Part shown: positions 1 to 14,870 of the stretch, piece by piece
Layout: each line of letters begins with the position of its first letter
Numbering within the stretch: the stretch's first letter is position 1
Assembly (NCBI RefSeq): GCF_018350175.1
Contig: NC_058382.1
Coordinates: 49,788,001 to 49,852,000 of the forward strand
Source: Felis catus
Lineage: Eukaryota
DNA: 64,000 nt
Reading direction: 5' to 3'
Position numbers and translations under genes: made by a program
The notes under the pieces: generated by a model
Database searches by the model: none
Told to the model about the DNA's origin: nothing
The model's input: the letters and a program-made list of their open reading frames with translations, nothing else

Positions 1-1537
1 AAACTCTCCGTACTATACCTAAAAAACACTAATCCTTTGTTTTCATTATGGTATTAACCAAAATTCTACTCTTCTGAAGCTTAAAAAAAAATAGGACTCC
101 AATTTCATAAAGGCAGATACTTTATAATCTAACCCTTCATGCAGCCGGAATTCTGCCTGGCTCCTTCTTACACGATGCTGTCGTGTAACACACAGCTGAT
201 CTAAGTTAGCCCAATAGGAAAGCTGGCTTCACCACATCAGGACTGAGAAATTGAGTTCCAGACGGGTCCAACAAAAGTGAAATTGGAATGGCTTTTTGAA
301 ACGGTATAAAAACTTGGATTCAGTTCACCCACAGTGCAACACAGAAACATAATTGGAAAGCAGACATGATGCTTGTGGTTACTGCGCTAAAGGAAACTTT
401 TCCCATCTTTTTTTGAAGCTCGCTACAGTAGATGAAAGGCCAAGATCAAGAGTGTTTTGCACATGGTATTCCTTGAATCTGATTCTCACTTCTGGTCCAA
501 GTAAGTCACGATCTAACTGTAGAGAAATTTCTCCTCCTTTGGCATCTCCCTCTCACAGCTCACCATCTCACAAGCAACTGGGCTAAAAGATTCCAATTTA
601 AAGCAGAAGCAAAGGCAACACATGAGTTTTTCCTGCTCATTCACAAATTAGCAGCTACTGAAATTGTACATTTCAAATTCAAGGAGAGGCTAATAATCAA
701 AAGGCTGTGACTTTTTATGGTCATATGCATCTAAAATTACTAGACCTAAAGATGAATGCTGGTTTGGAATCTTCCATTTTCGCAATGATACAGAAATATT
801 AACCTAGTTTAGAAGTCTTAAGTTATTTCAGCTTAAATTTATCATAGGTTCCCTTGGGTAAAGGTTTTGGCAAGAATCCAAGGCTAAGCAAATGAATACA
901 GTAAGTGCTGGACTTCAGATCAGATTGATTTTCAATCCCTGACCAAAATAATTAGAACACAGCTGCTTGGCCTCTCCCATAAGAAAAATTCCCTGATCCC
1001 AATTAAAATATTTACCTAATATAAAACTTTCTATGTAATAATAACCTTCCATGAAATGGCAGCAAGATGCCTGTATCAGAACCTGATCAGAAAATAAGAA
1101 TCACCGATTGCTATGCTTAGGATAAGTAACATTCTTCACTGTCTTTAAAACATTTGGGAATAGTAACTTCCAACATTAAGGACCTAAGAAAGAAACAGCA
1201 CAGAGCATTTTAATTGATCTATAATATAGATAATTATATATATCTATATTACAGATCTATGTATATCTTATGTATATATTATACATATCTATAATATAGA
1301 TCAGTTCCTAAGCTGGCTCACAATTTCTCTCAGTGTTTATAAAATTCAGATTTTTACCTGAACTCCTAGATGACTGAGAATTAACTAACTTTGATGATTT
1401 GATACAGTATGGAGATACCTATAGGTGATACTCAAATCTTAATTTATTCTTTCTGTAACATTTGGCAAATACACAGAAATATAGCAGTAGTTTAATTCTT
1501 TTTTTTAAAGTTTATTCATTTATTTATTTTGAGAGAC

Positions 1538-1579
<42 letters not shown>

Positions 1580-2312
1580 GAGTGAGGGAGGGGCGGGGGT
1601 GGGGTGGGGTGGGGTGGAGAGGATCCCAAGCATAACTCAGGACTTGAACTCACAAACTGTGAGATCATGACCTGAGCCAAAACCAAGAGTTGGACACTTA
1701 ATCAAATGAGCCAGCCAGGCATCCTAGGATTACTTTAATTCTTGAAAAGTCTCTTTTTGGTAAAGGCTTTCAGAGGGGAAACACAAATCAAACTAGCACA
1801 TTACGAAAATCTAGTTAATGTCATGACTGTGCAGAAGACCTTGATGAATACCAGTAATGGTGTGTAGAAATGGGCCCTCTCACGTAACACGGGAGAGACT
1901 TCAAATTGGTACTATTTGGCCACATCTATTAGGATTTAAGTTGCATATATGTGATGACCCAGCAATCCCATTTCTAAGAATCTGTCCCCCAGAAATAACA
2001 GCATGAGAACATAAAAATGCATATGCAAGGATCACTACAGAATTATTCGTAACTGTGAAAGTTGGAAAACTAAATGTTCATCAATAAGGGAATGGTTACT
2101 CAAGTTATAGAATATTTACATAATGTAATACAATGCAGGCACAAAAAAAATATACATGTTCATACTGAACCTGAAACGATGCCCAAAACAGACAGTTAAG
2201 TAAAAATACAAGTTGCAGACTAACACAGAGTCCATTTTTGTTTTCATGTATATACAATGACAATGCATTAGCACAGTGGAAGGATCCGTGTAAAAGTGAT
2301 AATCAGCAACTA

Positions 2313-2637
2313 TACTGAACAACATTGAACAACACGCATTTGAACCATACAGGTTCATTTATACGCAGTGTTTTTACAGTTAAGTACTATAAATGCATTT
2401 TTTCCCTTATGATTTTCTTAACACTTTCTTTTCTCTAGTTTATTTTATGGTAAGATATAGTATATAATTCACGTAGCATATAAAATATGTGTTAGTCGAC
2501 TATGTTATCAGTAAGGCTTCTGGTCAACAACAGGCTATTAGTGGTTAAGTTTTTGGGGAGTCAAAAGTTATACACAGATTTTTGACTGCTTAGAGAGATC
2601 AGCAACCCTAAATGCCACGTTGTTCAAAGGTAAACTG
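2313..2637. mobile_element. Tigger2-type MITE
   Basis: ...TTGAACAACACG at the left end and GTTGTTCAAAGGTAAACTG|TA at the right end. Confidence 0.75.
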
Positions 2638-5600
2638 TATTAGCCTCTGGAGTTGGGCATGAAGGCAAGTGGCAAGGAAATTTCACTGTCTCCTTTCTGA
2701 AAAAACTTAAGTGATGCAACTACGGGTCATTTTTACTTTCTTATTTGTAATTAAAAAAGCATACAACAATAAAAGCTTTTGTATCTCAAGAAAGAAAATG
2801 AAAGAAGAAAAACCATTTTTCACTTTCTAAACACAACGGCAGAGCTGAAAACAAAACAAATATTAATTAAAGAAAATGCAGAAACTGTATAGTACCTAGA
2901 AATCTCATGCAAGAGACTAACCTAATTAGGCCAAGAAAAACGTAAAGCACTCAATCTACCAAATCAAGGAAACCTTCGTGTTCCTTGTATGCAGCCAAAG
3001 AAGAACCATTTCCGCGGGGAGGGGGGCGGGGGTTCTGCCCTCTAGCGTACACTGAGAGAAGCGAAAGCAAATGAAACTATCAGTGCAACACATTAGCGTT
3101 TTATTAGTTAACCAAAATAGTTTCACTTCATTCCTAGAGCATCACAGTTTTCTCTTTGAATGAAGATGTCCACAACCTTGTTTCCAAATCAATTTCCAAT
3201 GATCATACTTAATAAAACTCTGTGGACATAATAACTTCGGCTGTCTGTTCTTCCCTACACTCCCAGCAAAGCACCCAAAGCATTTTCCTGATAAAGGGTA
3301 TAGGATATAGCAAAATAACGTTTTAAAAGTTTCTAACACGTATAGACATCTGACTTTTAAACTTAAAAGATTACTGAAGCTTGTTGAAACTGTGACTCGA
3401 CACTAAGAGCAAAAGGAAGAAGAACACTCTGTAATAAAGTTCAAATCCCTAAGGATTTTCTAAGAACACTAGAATTTGTTCCACCCCGGGGCAACCTTGA
3501 AAACCAGTAGGGGCACCTCTTAGGTTCATAGTATTTGCTGTAGGTATTCTGTTCAAACTGACACAGGTTACCCCATCCCGGTAACCACAAATGAAAAATG
3601 TTCTTGCTTTGAAAGCTTTTCTATGTCTGAGATTGCTTTAGATGCTCACATTGGCCGGCACTTCACTGTTTGACCCAAATGGTCAAATATTCTACCATTC
3701 TCCCCAACCAAAAAACAAAAAACAAAAACCGAAACCAAAAAACTACTACTAGTCTCTCCATTCATAATTACTCCAGTTCTGAGAATAGCCTGGAATAATC
3801 TCTTCAAATCAAGAATGTGAATGACATAATCCTTAATAAATTCAAAATATTCCAACTACTGACGGGAAAATCTTTCAATAATTAATTTCACTTCAATGCC
3901 AACTCATTTACTCTATACCTGCAACACCTAGGGAGGTATATTGAAAAAGCAAGTTAAGAGTAAGTTACAACTGAATGAAGTTGAGTATTTAGCATCCACT
4001 GAAGGACATGAAGGTAAAAGTCCAGTGCAGAGTAGTCTTGCCCCAGTATAAAACACATCATTCTGGAGCTGACAAGTAAGTTAACAGCAGGACCACCAAC
4101 ACTGCCAGAATCAATCATTTCTACTGTCACACTGGGTCCCTGAAATATCATCTGAAAAGCTATTTCTAGCTAGCCCTACCCTGGAACAAATGACGGCCAG
4201 AAGAAATGCTCTGAACTGAGATCCCCTACCCGGCTCTCCTGGCAACGCCCTCACATCAGCTGCCTACGATGGAGGACTGAGCCCTCAGTACGAACCAATG
4301 ACAGAAGCGGCAATAACCATTACCCCAGCTGACTGATCGCATCTTGTCCACAGCTTCATTGTCTGCTGACAGATTATCAATGTACAAACACACCTGGAAC
4401 TCGTTTTTAAAAACGTGCTGTCCCTGCAATCTCCTAAAATAGTAACAAGACTGAAAGACAGCACAGGAAACCCAGATTAGCCATGGTTAATGGGGAAAAG
4501 GCCTACAGGGGAAAAGGGAGGAAAGAGTCATCCAATTTCCCTAAAAAAATTACAAAATTCAAAATAGCTTTCAAAGAGTCCCTCATCAGTTATAAAGCTG
4601 AAGAGATACTTCTTACCCCCCAAAAAGTCCAACCAGGTGTGTAAGAAAGAATGGTTGCATAACACAGTGGCTGAGAGCTCAGGCTCGGGTCTCAAATGGA
4701 TCTGGACTGGGATCCTGGCTCTGCCATCCATTATCTACGAGATCTCCACAAGTTAACGGCACCTTCCTGGGCCTCAGTTCCCTGGTCTATGAAATGGGCA
4801 CAGAGTTAGCACCCACCTCTTAAAGTATTTGTGTAGATTAAATAATACATATAAAACACTTACCACTGTGCCTTAAATTTGGTAATTTGTCAATAGGAGC
4901 TATTTATCCTTTTAAAAAAAGGTAAGGAACACTTAACAGGCTGCATGAAAAGATAATACGTCTGATATTTAATCTAAAGAACTGGTCCCCAAAGGAAACT
5001 GACCTGGTCATTAAAGGGAAACGTGTCATCCCCGTTCCTGACTACGGGAACCCAGCAGGTGACATAAATAATGAAGCAGCTGAGTCGGGACCAGGAAAGG
5101 ACAAACCCCATCTATTCTGCTCCGGCTGACTGCTGCTGTAAGAAAAGAGGGAGGGCAATGGCACGACTTCTCGTTTCTCAAGAAAAGCCAGGAACCCAGA
5201 TTTTTATGTCAACTCTCCTGATTTTTAAATAATGGCCGAATAAAAACATCTACGGACAGACTTGGTCCACGAACTGCCAGTTTGTGAATGCCTGCCCGGG
5301 AATGGAGTCTCAAACTAGAAACTGAAGAAAAGCCCAGTAGTTATATAACCAAGGGACTTCAGCTCCCTAAAACAGCGCGTCTCAAAGGGCACACTGTTGG
5401 CATTTTGGAAAAGAAAATTCTTCTCTGTACAAACTGTCCTAAGCACTGCAGATATTTAGTATTCCTGAACCCCACCCACTAAGTACCAGTGGTCTCCTCA
5501 AGTCTTGTGACAACCAAAATATCTCACCACACATTTCTGAACACCTCCTACTAGCAGCACCACAACCACTAAGAATAACAAAGTTAAATTCAAAAGTTAG

Positions 5601-6019
5601 TGGGAAGGTCAAGAACATCTATTTACAAACAGCAATAAAATAAGAACAGGGCCAGCCCTGAGTCTAAACTAAACTAAACTACAAATCCCAAATTATCATC
5701 AAACAGGAAATCTCACTAAGTAGAAAGCTTGGAGTTGGCTGTGGGAACAAATCAAAAGGCTTAAATCCCTCTCCCTACTTCTAGAATTAAGACAGAAGGA
5801 AACTGCCTCATTTTTTTTCTAGTCATTGCTTTAGTAGTATTACTGAACTTCACAGTTTTCCACTGATCTTGTTTCTAACAGCCGGAGCTTACGTACAGAA
5901 CAGTTCATGCTTCAAAGAAATTACCGTGGAAGAAATCTGGGCACCCACAGCACCCACCCTTCGGTAACATTCCTGGATTTTTCTCTTATTGCTCATTCTC
6001 CTATTCAAGAGCATGTCCA

Positions 6020-6530
6020 ACCAACATGACCAAGCAATTCCACACCCAGATATATACCCAAGTGAAATAAAACCACACGTCCACACAAAAACCTGCACAT
6101 GAATGTTCACAGACACGTTATTTTTAATAGTCAAAAAGTGGAAACAATTCTACGTCTATCAACTAACGAATGGATAAACAAAATGTGGTATATTCATACC
6201 AAGGAGTACTATTCGACCATAAAAAGGAACACAGCACAGAAACATGAATGAAACTTGAAAACATTACACTAAGTCAAAGAAGCCAGACACAAAAGGGCAA
6301 ATACTGTATGGCTCCAACTGTATAAAATATCCAAACAGGCAACCTAGACACACATAGATGGAGTGGTGACTGCCGAGGTGTGTGGGAGAGAAATGGGAAG
6401 GGAGAGGGACTGCTTTTCTTTCCTGGGGTGATGGAAATTATCGTGGCTACACAGCCTCGTGAGGGCACAACTCTGTGACCATGCTAAAAACCAGTGACGT
6501 GTAGAATTTAAACAGATGAGCAAATAAAAA
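6020..6530 (+). mobile_element. Old L1M 3'-end fragment (similar decayed L1 pieces at ~1850-2300, 27110-27600, 31500-32290, 38820-40050, 49690-50040)
   Basis: GCAATTCCAC...AAAACCTGCACATGAATGTTCA...GAATGGATAAACAAAATGTGGTATATTCATAC, a typical L1 ORF2 end/3' UTR. Confidence 0.7.
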
Positions 6531-9104
6531 CAGCTTATAAAAGCGGTTTTTAAAAAGAAAAAGGGGCACCTGGGTGGCTCAGTCGGTTGAGTGTTCGACT
6601 TCAGCTCAGGTCATCATCTCAAGCCTTGTGACTTCAAGGCCCCATCAGGCTCTGTGCGGACAGCCCAGAGCCTGGAGCCTGCTTCAGAATCTGTGTCTCC
6701 CTCTCTCTCTGCCCCTCCCCTGCTCATGCTCTGTGTTTCTCTCTCTCTCTCTCTCAAATGTAAATAAACATTTAAAAATAAAAATAAATAAATAAATAAG
6801 GCACATCCAATTTTAAATCATTAAATTGACTAATACTGTTTGTTCTCCTAAAGACTAAACCATGTCTGCTGGAATAGCCACTTTGTTCTAAGTATCTTAA
6901 TTATTATTCTAATAATTACAAATAAGCCCTTACTCATAATATTTACTCTTTCGAAACAAGCTGATTTTCCTCTTCTTGGAGTGGCCATTCTCTAGGCATT
7001 ATTAGTAACCTCACTGTGTACCTCTGTCCACCAGGAACATGGGCACGTGCCCCCTGATCAGACATTTCACAAGGGCATCAAACCAGGAGGTAAAGTCAGA
7101 TTTGTGAGGTAGCTGGTCGTTTTTATTGTTGTTGATATAAACACCTATGCAGTGAATAACTTGGAGGTCCTTTCTTCTCTGTTAGTGAAAACAAGTGAAA
7201 TCAGATCTAGCTTTGAAATGCTCAACATGAAAGCAATTCCTTTAAAAGTGAAAGGGCTTAAACACAGATGAACATAAGTCAGAGGTCTGATTGATCACTA
7301 CAAGAGATTCGGATAAAAATTAAAAACATTTCCACCTAATATTGTGGTTATGTCTACTTTTGGTTACTTTAAGTGAAATGTTCAATGCTCTCTACCAGAA
7401 TACTATTAAAAAATGTAAAAACTTAAAAGCCAACAAGGTCATGTTAATGTTAGCTCCTGTCCAAGAGGCTGGGAGAAGACGAGATCACCTGCTCAGGCAG
7501 GAAGAATGATGCATGGATTAAAGGCTCCTGGGGACCAACTGGTCAAACACACTGAACACGGACAAACCACAGGAACAGTCAGGAACAACTGTCTTCCCAG
7601 GTTTTTAGTCTGGGTCTTCTACCTTCAGCAGGACACTATGAGCAATTCTGACTCTTCTATCTCGGGGCAATCGTTGCTAAACTGGCACAATCCACGATGT
7701 CGAGGGAGACTTTCAATAGTAAGGTCTTTTTTTGTTTATTTGTTTGTTTTCTCAATAGTCTCAATAGAACAAGAAGACAAAACTATATGGGAAAACAATG
7801 TTTTTCACTCTTATGTTTTATTGCTTCAGGCCATTCCCAATCTATAAGGAGCCAACTAAATAGTAAGCCCTTAATAAAATAAGGTGATACCTTGCAGCTA
7901 GGATTATAAACCTGTACAAGTCTGAGAGCCCGCTAGCAACCTACTGCTGGAAGAGGTGAGTAATAAATGTTAGGGTTGAAAGCAAGTAGTAAATGTGGGG
8001 GTGAAGGCTGACCCAGCCAAATACCCATGAAAGCTGGATTCAAAGGGTCATCGGTGCTGGAATGAGGGCTAGGTAGGGCAGGAGACTGGGGGTGCTGGCA
8101 GGAGGAGCGGAGGGCAAGAAAGGGATCAAGAGGTTAGAACAATAGAACTGTGGAAATTTAGACACGCTAAGCAGAGTACTGGGCTTTCTACAACCAACTG
8201 TAGAGAACGCTTCTTATCATCTCTGATTCCTGCCTCTAATTAAAATTGGGTGTTTGGTTTACTTCATTCCCAAAGCACAAACTTTGGCTTTTTATAGCCC
8301 AAGCAGTGTGCTATTTTAAACATGTAGAGGAAATGCATTTTCAGTTACAAACATTTGCTCCTGTGAATCTGTTCTTACTTGCTAGCAAAGGATGTGAGAC
8401 AGGATGTTTTACCCTCCTGCTCTGGTTTTCCTGTATTGCTTAAATCTGTTTAGAGAGAAGAAAAATAAACAAATAAAGTGTTTTTGTTGGACAAATCTAT
8501 AAACTGAAGCAACTCCAAAAATGAAAATGAAAAACATCTGCAGAAAGTATTACAATAATTTTCTTTTAATCAACTGGATTATCCCTACAGATTCTTCTCC
8601 TGAAAAGACTTCCCATGCCAGGCACGCACGGCCGGCAGCAGATACTAATATCTGCACTGATAAAATGTGCCCACGTAGACCCTCCAGATCAGATGAATTC
8701 CTCTTGACCATCTTTTCCCAAGTACAATTACAACTGGAGAAGCTTTCTGAGATACATTTCAGGAAGATGATCATGCCAACCTTGAAGGCCATCTCCTGGA
8801 TTTATTTAGAAATTCAAGGTGTAGTACATCAGAATTAAATGTGTCCCCATTTTCACGTACAACTCTAAACACGTTGTTTACCCAGGCAGACACATTCTTG
8901 TAATCTGTTACATTCCATTACAGCACTCAAAGAAACAGATTTTAATTAAATTTTACTTGACCCTTTCATAAGGGAGTCAGAAGTCTGCTCATCTAATGAA
9001 AAGCGTTTTACCTGTAGGCCCTTCCACATTCTGTCTGTACTTCTGTTCTCTGCCCCAGATGCTGTCATTTACGGACAGCCGGAGAGAGACCCTCTTCTTC
9101 TTCA

Positions 9105-9550
9105 AACCTAGTCAGGCTCCTCTGAGCCCTCTCCTCAACGAGGCCTCAATCTCGGCTCCAATCTTTGTTGGGCTTGTATCTGAGCAATTTAGCCCAATTT
9201 CAGCAAGAATCCTGCTAGGCCAGCTTTAAGAGAATTCCCCACTCTTGGTATCTGATGAAGCTCTTCATTCCCCAGCCTTGATGTGTAAGCACTCGGCCTG
9301 CCTTCAGCAAGAATCCCGTTAGGTCGGCTTAGCGAGAATCTCCCTATCCCTGGTGTCTCTTAGTAATTCCATCCTCTGACACCCTCTCCACTGCCCTCAT
9401 CCTGGCTCCCTGGCCCCCTGGCCATAAATTCCCACCTGTCTTTGCTGTACTGACAGCTGAGCCCAATCTCTCTACGTTATTGTGATAGTCTTGACACTTG
9501 CTGCAATAATCCTGAGTGAGTTTTCCTAACCATTTTAACAACTATCAGAA
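9105..9550 (+). mobile_element. MER31-like solo LTR
   Basis: AGTCAGGCTCCTCTGAGCCCTCT start; internal duplicated TTCAGCAAGAATCC(T/C)G(C/T)TAGG blocks; GCTGAGCCCAATCTCTC. Confidence 0.65.
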
Positions 9551-12461
9551 TGGAATGCCCTGGTAAGAGATGGGAGAGAAGGAGGAGTGAGAGATCTAGG
9601 TATTTATGTCCCTGGCTTCCCCCTGGAGAATCCATTGCTCAAGTGAAGGTCTCAGCTCCCATCACGAGGCCCTCCCTGCCTCCAGTATCAAAACTGTTCC
9701 CCTTTTTGCCCCCTTTAGGTCTAGGGGAGGTAATGGAGCCTCATTCTTACTAGCCCCAGGCTCACCATACTATTCCATCCCTGTGGTTTTTCATCACTTT
9801 GTGAGTTATTAAACTCTCCTCAAAGCATCCTACTTTGACAATGCCATCTGTTTCCTGCTGGGTCTCCCTGATACAGATACCATTTCAGCAATTTATCCTT
9901 GAGAGCTATTAGCTCTTTCTAAGAAAGGAAGGCATGGATATAGAATGCTGTGAGATTTCCATGAGTGACTTAGTGACTTAAACAAGATGACCCTGTTAAG
10001 CTCCCACTTTCTCCCTCCTCTAGTTATCTTTGTAATTATAGTAACAGAGTGTTTTCTGAAACACACACAGTCTCCAAGGAGAATCTCTAAGCATCAATAG
10101 GGGATTATTTAAAGAAATACCAAGCGATTAGAAGTAAAAATTGTGCTAGGTGAAATGAACTATGCTAGGACGCTAAGGTACAAGAAACTTTGCATTTCTA
10201 CCTGGTACTTGATCCACAGGTAACTTTTACAGTAACACTTAATAAATGCAAGAGACACCGTTTACTAATACCAGACATAAGCCTGGTAACCCAAGTAAAA
10301 CCTGCAGAAGACTGTCTATGTAACTTGGGAGTATCTGTCAATTCAGATTATAGATTCTGAAATCAGTTCAGTGGCCCATGACATTTTAAGTGACACTTAT
10401 TATACACAATCACGTAAAGCAGAAAATCAGAATTCACCATACGTCGTACAGGTAAATATTTCACCAAACTTTATTTCACTTTCTTACACACCTATATTTA
10501 CGAGCATAGTATAGAGTACTGTAAAATGTATTCCTTACTGTGAGTGGCAGTCAATAAAGTCTGAAAGCTACTGGTCTGAAGAGAATCCCTTTCAAACAAC
10601 TTAACAATTATAAGGCTAAAAACATGCTGTTTCAGCCTAGAGCCTCACATTTTTTGAAATCTCAACCCGTACTAAAAATATCATTTGTCACTCAGCATAG
10701 CTGCATCAATAACCAAAATAAAAATTTTATGAAACAATACTTACTATATAATACAATATGATATTTTTTTTATCCCATTTTCTTTCTTTCTTTCTTTCTT
10801 TTTTTTTTTTTAAGTAGGCTCCTTGCTGGGTGTGGAGCCCAATGCGGGGCTTGAACTCATGACCCTGAGAGATCAAAACCTGAGCTGAGATCAAGAGTCA
10901 ATTGCTTAAATGACTAAGCCACCCAGGAGCCCCAGTTTCTTTTGAACAATGATTGCAAACCATAGCTTGAAAGCTACTGGCCTAAAATATTAACAGGGCC
11001 AGTGTGGAGAACTCTGCTCACATCACTCTGTTCACATCGTTTCCGCCGTGGTAGCAAGCTCTCAAATCCCTTTCCTTCTCAGGTTTCGGTGTAACTGCTA
11101 CATGGCTTCTGGTACCCACTCGCTCCAGTGGGAGAGAAACACATGGAATAAGGAGCAGATAAAGAGGCCGGGGCAGATGCGGACACGGCCTGGCCACGTC
11201 CTCGTGCTCACCATCACGGCACACCTGGAGAGCAGGATCTTCCTCAAGCACCTGAACTCACAGCCTGAGCGCGGCAGGCATGCAGAAGCAGCCCTGAGCC
11301 AGTGACAGGTGGAAGCCAGAGGGTAACTATTCCAGTCTCCTCACCCTCTTTGAGCTGTTCACCACCATCCTGAGATGCCTAGCAAAACCAAGTGAGTACC
11401 AGCCACTACCGGCAGTAACCTGCTAGAACATACATCCCGGCCAGGCTGCATTCTCAGCCTTTCCCACCTCCTTCCAGAAGCCCTGGAGTCACCTCTCACA
11501 TTAATGACTCGTACTCAAACCTTTGTCTCAGGGTCTGCTTCTGGGTAAACGCAACCTAGATGAGCACACACCCGGTTACACAGCACTGTCTGGGGCCAGG
11601 GCTGCAAAGATGAGAAAGGACCGTCCTAGAAAAAGCCCATAGTCTGATAAGAAAACCGACAATTTTTGTTTTTTAATGTAAAAACCCAGACAAAACTTTA
11701 CCGTTCGTAGCGACGAGATAGGTAGGTATGTTTAGGGAGGGAAGGAAGAAGTGACAGACTGTGACCGAAGGGTCGGAGAAGCCCCTGGAAGTGACCTGTT
11801 CCACCTCAAACCCTCCAGGACACAGGCCTTCCCACAGAAGTCAGCGGCTGGCCAATGGGCACTGGCCCCGGGCCGGGATCCGCATTCCCGTGCCTGTATG
11901 CTAGCGCCCTGCCTTCTAATATTGGCCGTGATGCTTTACATCTTACATACGTGTTAAGAGGAAGGGAATTTTTATTTCCTCCAAAGGAAAACATTCAACT
12001 CTTCAGCTAAAAATAACTCAATATGGAAAATATGAAGAAAGAAAAATTAAGTTCCTGACAACGCGCTAACAGAATTATTTGTAAATCAGCTTTGACCTTC
12101 CTATGTTCCTTTGAGGTCCTTGGGGGATGGGACCGAGTACTCTATCCCAATTTCCACTAGAAGTTCTAATAAACTGCTGATATTTTCATACAAAAATGAT
12201 TTTTAAAAGTAAAGTCTACTACATGTTCAGCTCTGTGGTCAACACTGGAAATCAGCACTTTTTTCAGGCTGGAATCAAACGAGAAACCTAAGGCTAATTT
12301 TCCTTTGCATCTTCCATTTTGGCGACTATTTCAGGAAAGGCAAAGCGGCAGCAGAATTCCTGCTGTGGGGAAGCGAGTCCCACGAGCTAAAGGGGGTCCG
12401 TGTCCTGAAAGCCGCTTCACCAGCCGCCAGGCGCACCTGAGCCCAAGAGCAGGACACTCAC

Positions 12462-12581
12462 CCGGACCCCGCAGGGAGTGGCGGCACAGCTGCGGGGCCA
12501 GCTGCCTGTGGCTTTTCTTTCTCGTTTTGCTTGAAGAAAGATTTGGCTTCTTTAGATGTTGCATCCACTTCCTTAGTCACC
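12462..12581 (-). CDS. CFDP1: CFDP1 coding exon 5 (intramolecular-repeat unit exon); gene continues beyond window start
   Basis: 120 nt, CAG acceptor and GTGAGT donor. Encodes VTKEVDATSKEAKSFFKQNEKEKPQAAGPAAVPPLPAGSG. The exons for the C-terminal BCNT domain were not found in 1-12461. Confidence 0.95.
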
Positions 12582-13879
12582 CTGCAAGGAAGCAGATGTC
12601 AAGTTTACAAGAAGAATAAAAAGAGAGAAACAAAATCTAAGGGGAATAAATGACACTAAGAAAGGAAAACACCCACTGAGCTTACGATGAGTTCTGGCTA
12701 CTGAGTGAGGTTTCTGATTCAAGTCCACTACAACAGTTCTAAAGAAAGGCATTTTTCCCTTACTAAGTGAACAACAACGAATGTACCTCATGTCCCTAAA
12801 ATCCCCTCCATTACTTCTGCCAGAAGGCCACATGCTCCCGCAGTCACTGCTGACTCACAGCCCCTGTGGCTACCGACGTGATGGCTGAGAAGGCTCTGCC
12901 ACTCACCTCATGTGGAGATGAGGACTCCTATTTAAAGGTCTAGTAAAAGTTGGATTAGGGAGATGGAATATTTGGGAGGAAAACACTACATTATTTCAAG
13001 AAGAGCAACAGTATAAACAATTGGAAATACTCCGCAGAATGCTCCTATTTTACAGCTAAAATAACCGAAAGATGAAACAAAATACCTTAAAACTGGCTAG
13101 ATCAACACCCATTTGGGAGTGGAAAAAAGCTACAGGATTGAGAATCCTGTCCAATTTCAAACCTGGAAAAATGGTCCTCAACAAAACTGAGTCCTAAAAG
13201 GATCAAATAAGGTTATCTACACTGTCTGAAATCTCCGCTAAAGAGAGAAGTGTCTAATGCCTGCTCAGTCTTGCCAAGTCAATAAAAACATCTGAGGAAT
13301 TTTGTTTAAATTCCAATCTGTAGGAGGGCCCAAGATTAAGGTCATCGTACTCTAAATGTTCAACCAGGTCCTCCAGTAAACTGGCCAAGAATAATGGCAG
13401 GTGAATCCAATAAATTCCACCTTTGCAGGAATGTAAACCTGTCTCTTCTCTCCTTCCATCCAGGCTTCTTGGGAGCAGAAGCAAGTTTCTTATTGAGAGC
13501 CATCTCATTCCTGCATTCAGTGCTGTGTCACCTACTCAAGCGGCACAGAGTAAGAGTTGGAGAGTTTTGTATTGAGAATCTTCACCGGGAAAGACTGGCA
13601 AGTTAATCTTGAGGGGTGACTTAAAGCAACACTACCTTCTGTTACTCTCCTGCCCACATTCTTGCGATGGCTCAGTATTACTCAGAGGATCAAATATAAA
13701 TTGCCAAACCTCCCATTCAAGACCCTCCAAAATCTGGTCCTACCTTACTCTTTATCAGGCTTAATGGGTGTGTGTGTCTCTCTACTCTCCCAATGAACTT
13801 CTCAGTAATGAGAGTCAAGAGTCAAAAACAGAACGGAGAATTTATACCACAGATTAGATCATCATTCAGCAAATATACA

Positions 13880-14870
13880 CTCCTTTCCTGTTAAGCAAGA
13901 AGAAACTTGTCTAACCCCCAGATGTTGAGCTTGGGCACACGCTTCAATGGTCAATGAGATGTCTGACAGGAAAAGGTTTAACGTGTCTGTGCTCTTTCAC
14001 TTGCCCCTTGAGTTCCCCACGTTTGGCCCCATAAGAAGAATACGCCTCAAGCTGGTCCAAGATGGCTGAAAGACACACACTGCAGATCTGAATCCAACAA
14101 GCAGCTTAGAGCCAAATCCAGATCAGCTGAACCCCAGATACTCAGAAACACACAGGCAACAAACAAACGCTTGTTGTATACCAGAGTTTTGGGGATGGTT
14201 TGTCACACAGCGTTTCTGTTGCAATGGCTGACACATTTACATTTCATGAGCAAGAAACAGGAAATCTAAGGAGTTAAGTCACTTTTCCAAGACTGTCCAG
14301 AGATTAAGCAGCAATGCTAAAGAAAACTCCATACTAGACTCTGTTTCTCAAAAATGGTTGCCACAACCCATCCTACATGCTCTTCCAAAACCCGACATCA
14401 CCTCAACGAGAAGGGAGGTATAGGGCACCCCCTCCTTTTAATCAGGTGGGCCTTTGTGCTGCCAATTTACAGAGTTCGGTGGAGGTGGCACTACATGACT
14501 CCTGAGGCTAGCTGAGAAGATGACACAGCTCTTACCTGGCGCTCTCTCTTGAGAATGCAACCTCTAAACCTCAAGTTACCATGCAAGATGCCTGGCTCCT
14601 CTGGTCCACCACGCTACGCAGAACATACAGGAAGACCACACAGAAAGGGATGCCTGAAGAGCGTGCTCCGGTCCAGGCCTAAGACATGAGAACAAGGAAA
14701 CTTTCGAGGTGGCTTCATATCCAGCCACTAACTACAACTGCTTGACACCCTGCGCGAGAGCTGCCTGAGCCCAGCTATCCTCCAGAACTATGAGAAATTA
14801 CAATAAAACAATTGTTTTATGCCACTAAACTCTGAAGTAATTCCTTACACTGCTATAGAGGCAACCAAAA
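13880..14870 (+). mobile_element. Two adjacent old MaLR (MLT1-type) LTR fragments
   Basis: MLT1-type 3' ends at ~14180-14235 (TTTTGGGGATGGTTTGTCACACAGC...ATGGCTGACA) and ~14780-14870. Confidence 0.5.

Noticed and set aside
6574..6795. Recurrent MAQSVK/SAQVMIS ORF family and tRNA-like heads
   Set aside because: Translations of Can-SINEs; the tRNA-like A/B boxes belong to SINEs, not functional tRNA genes.
8521..8838. 105-aa/80-aa overlapping ORFs in unique-looking intronic DNA
   Set aside because: No recognisable homology or convincing exon structure; length compatible with chance.
1..12461. Ruminant-type BCNT/CFDP2 features (duplicated repeat exon, RTE-derived endonuclease exon) or CFDP1 exons 6-7
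   Set aside because: Only one exon-5 unit is visible, and no RTE endonuclease or BCNT-C coding sequence was recognised; the region reads as intron.
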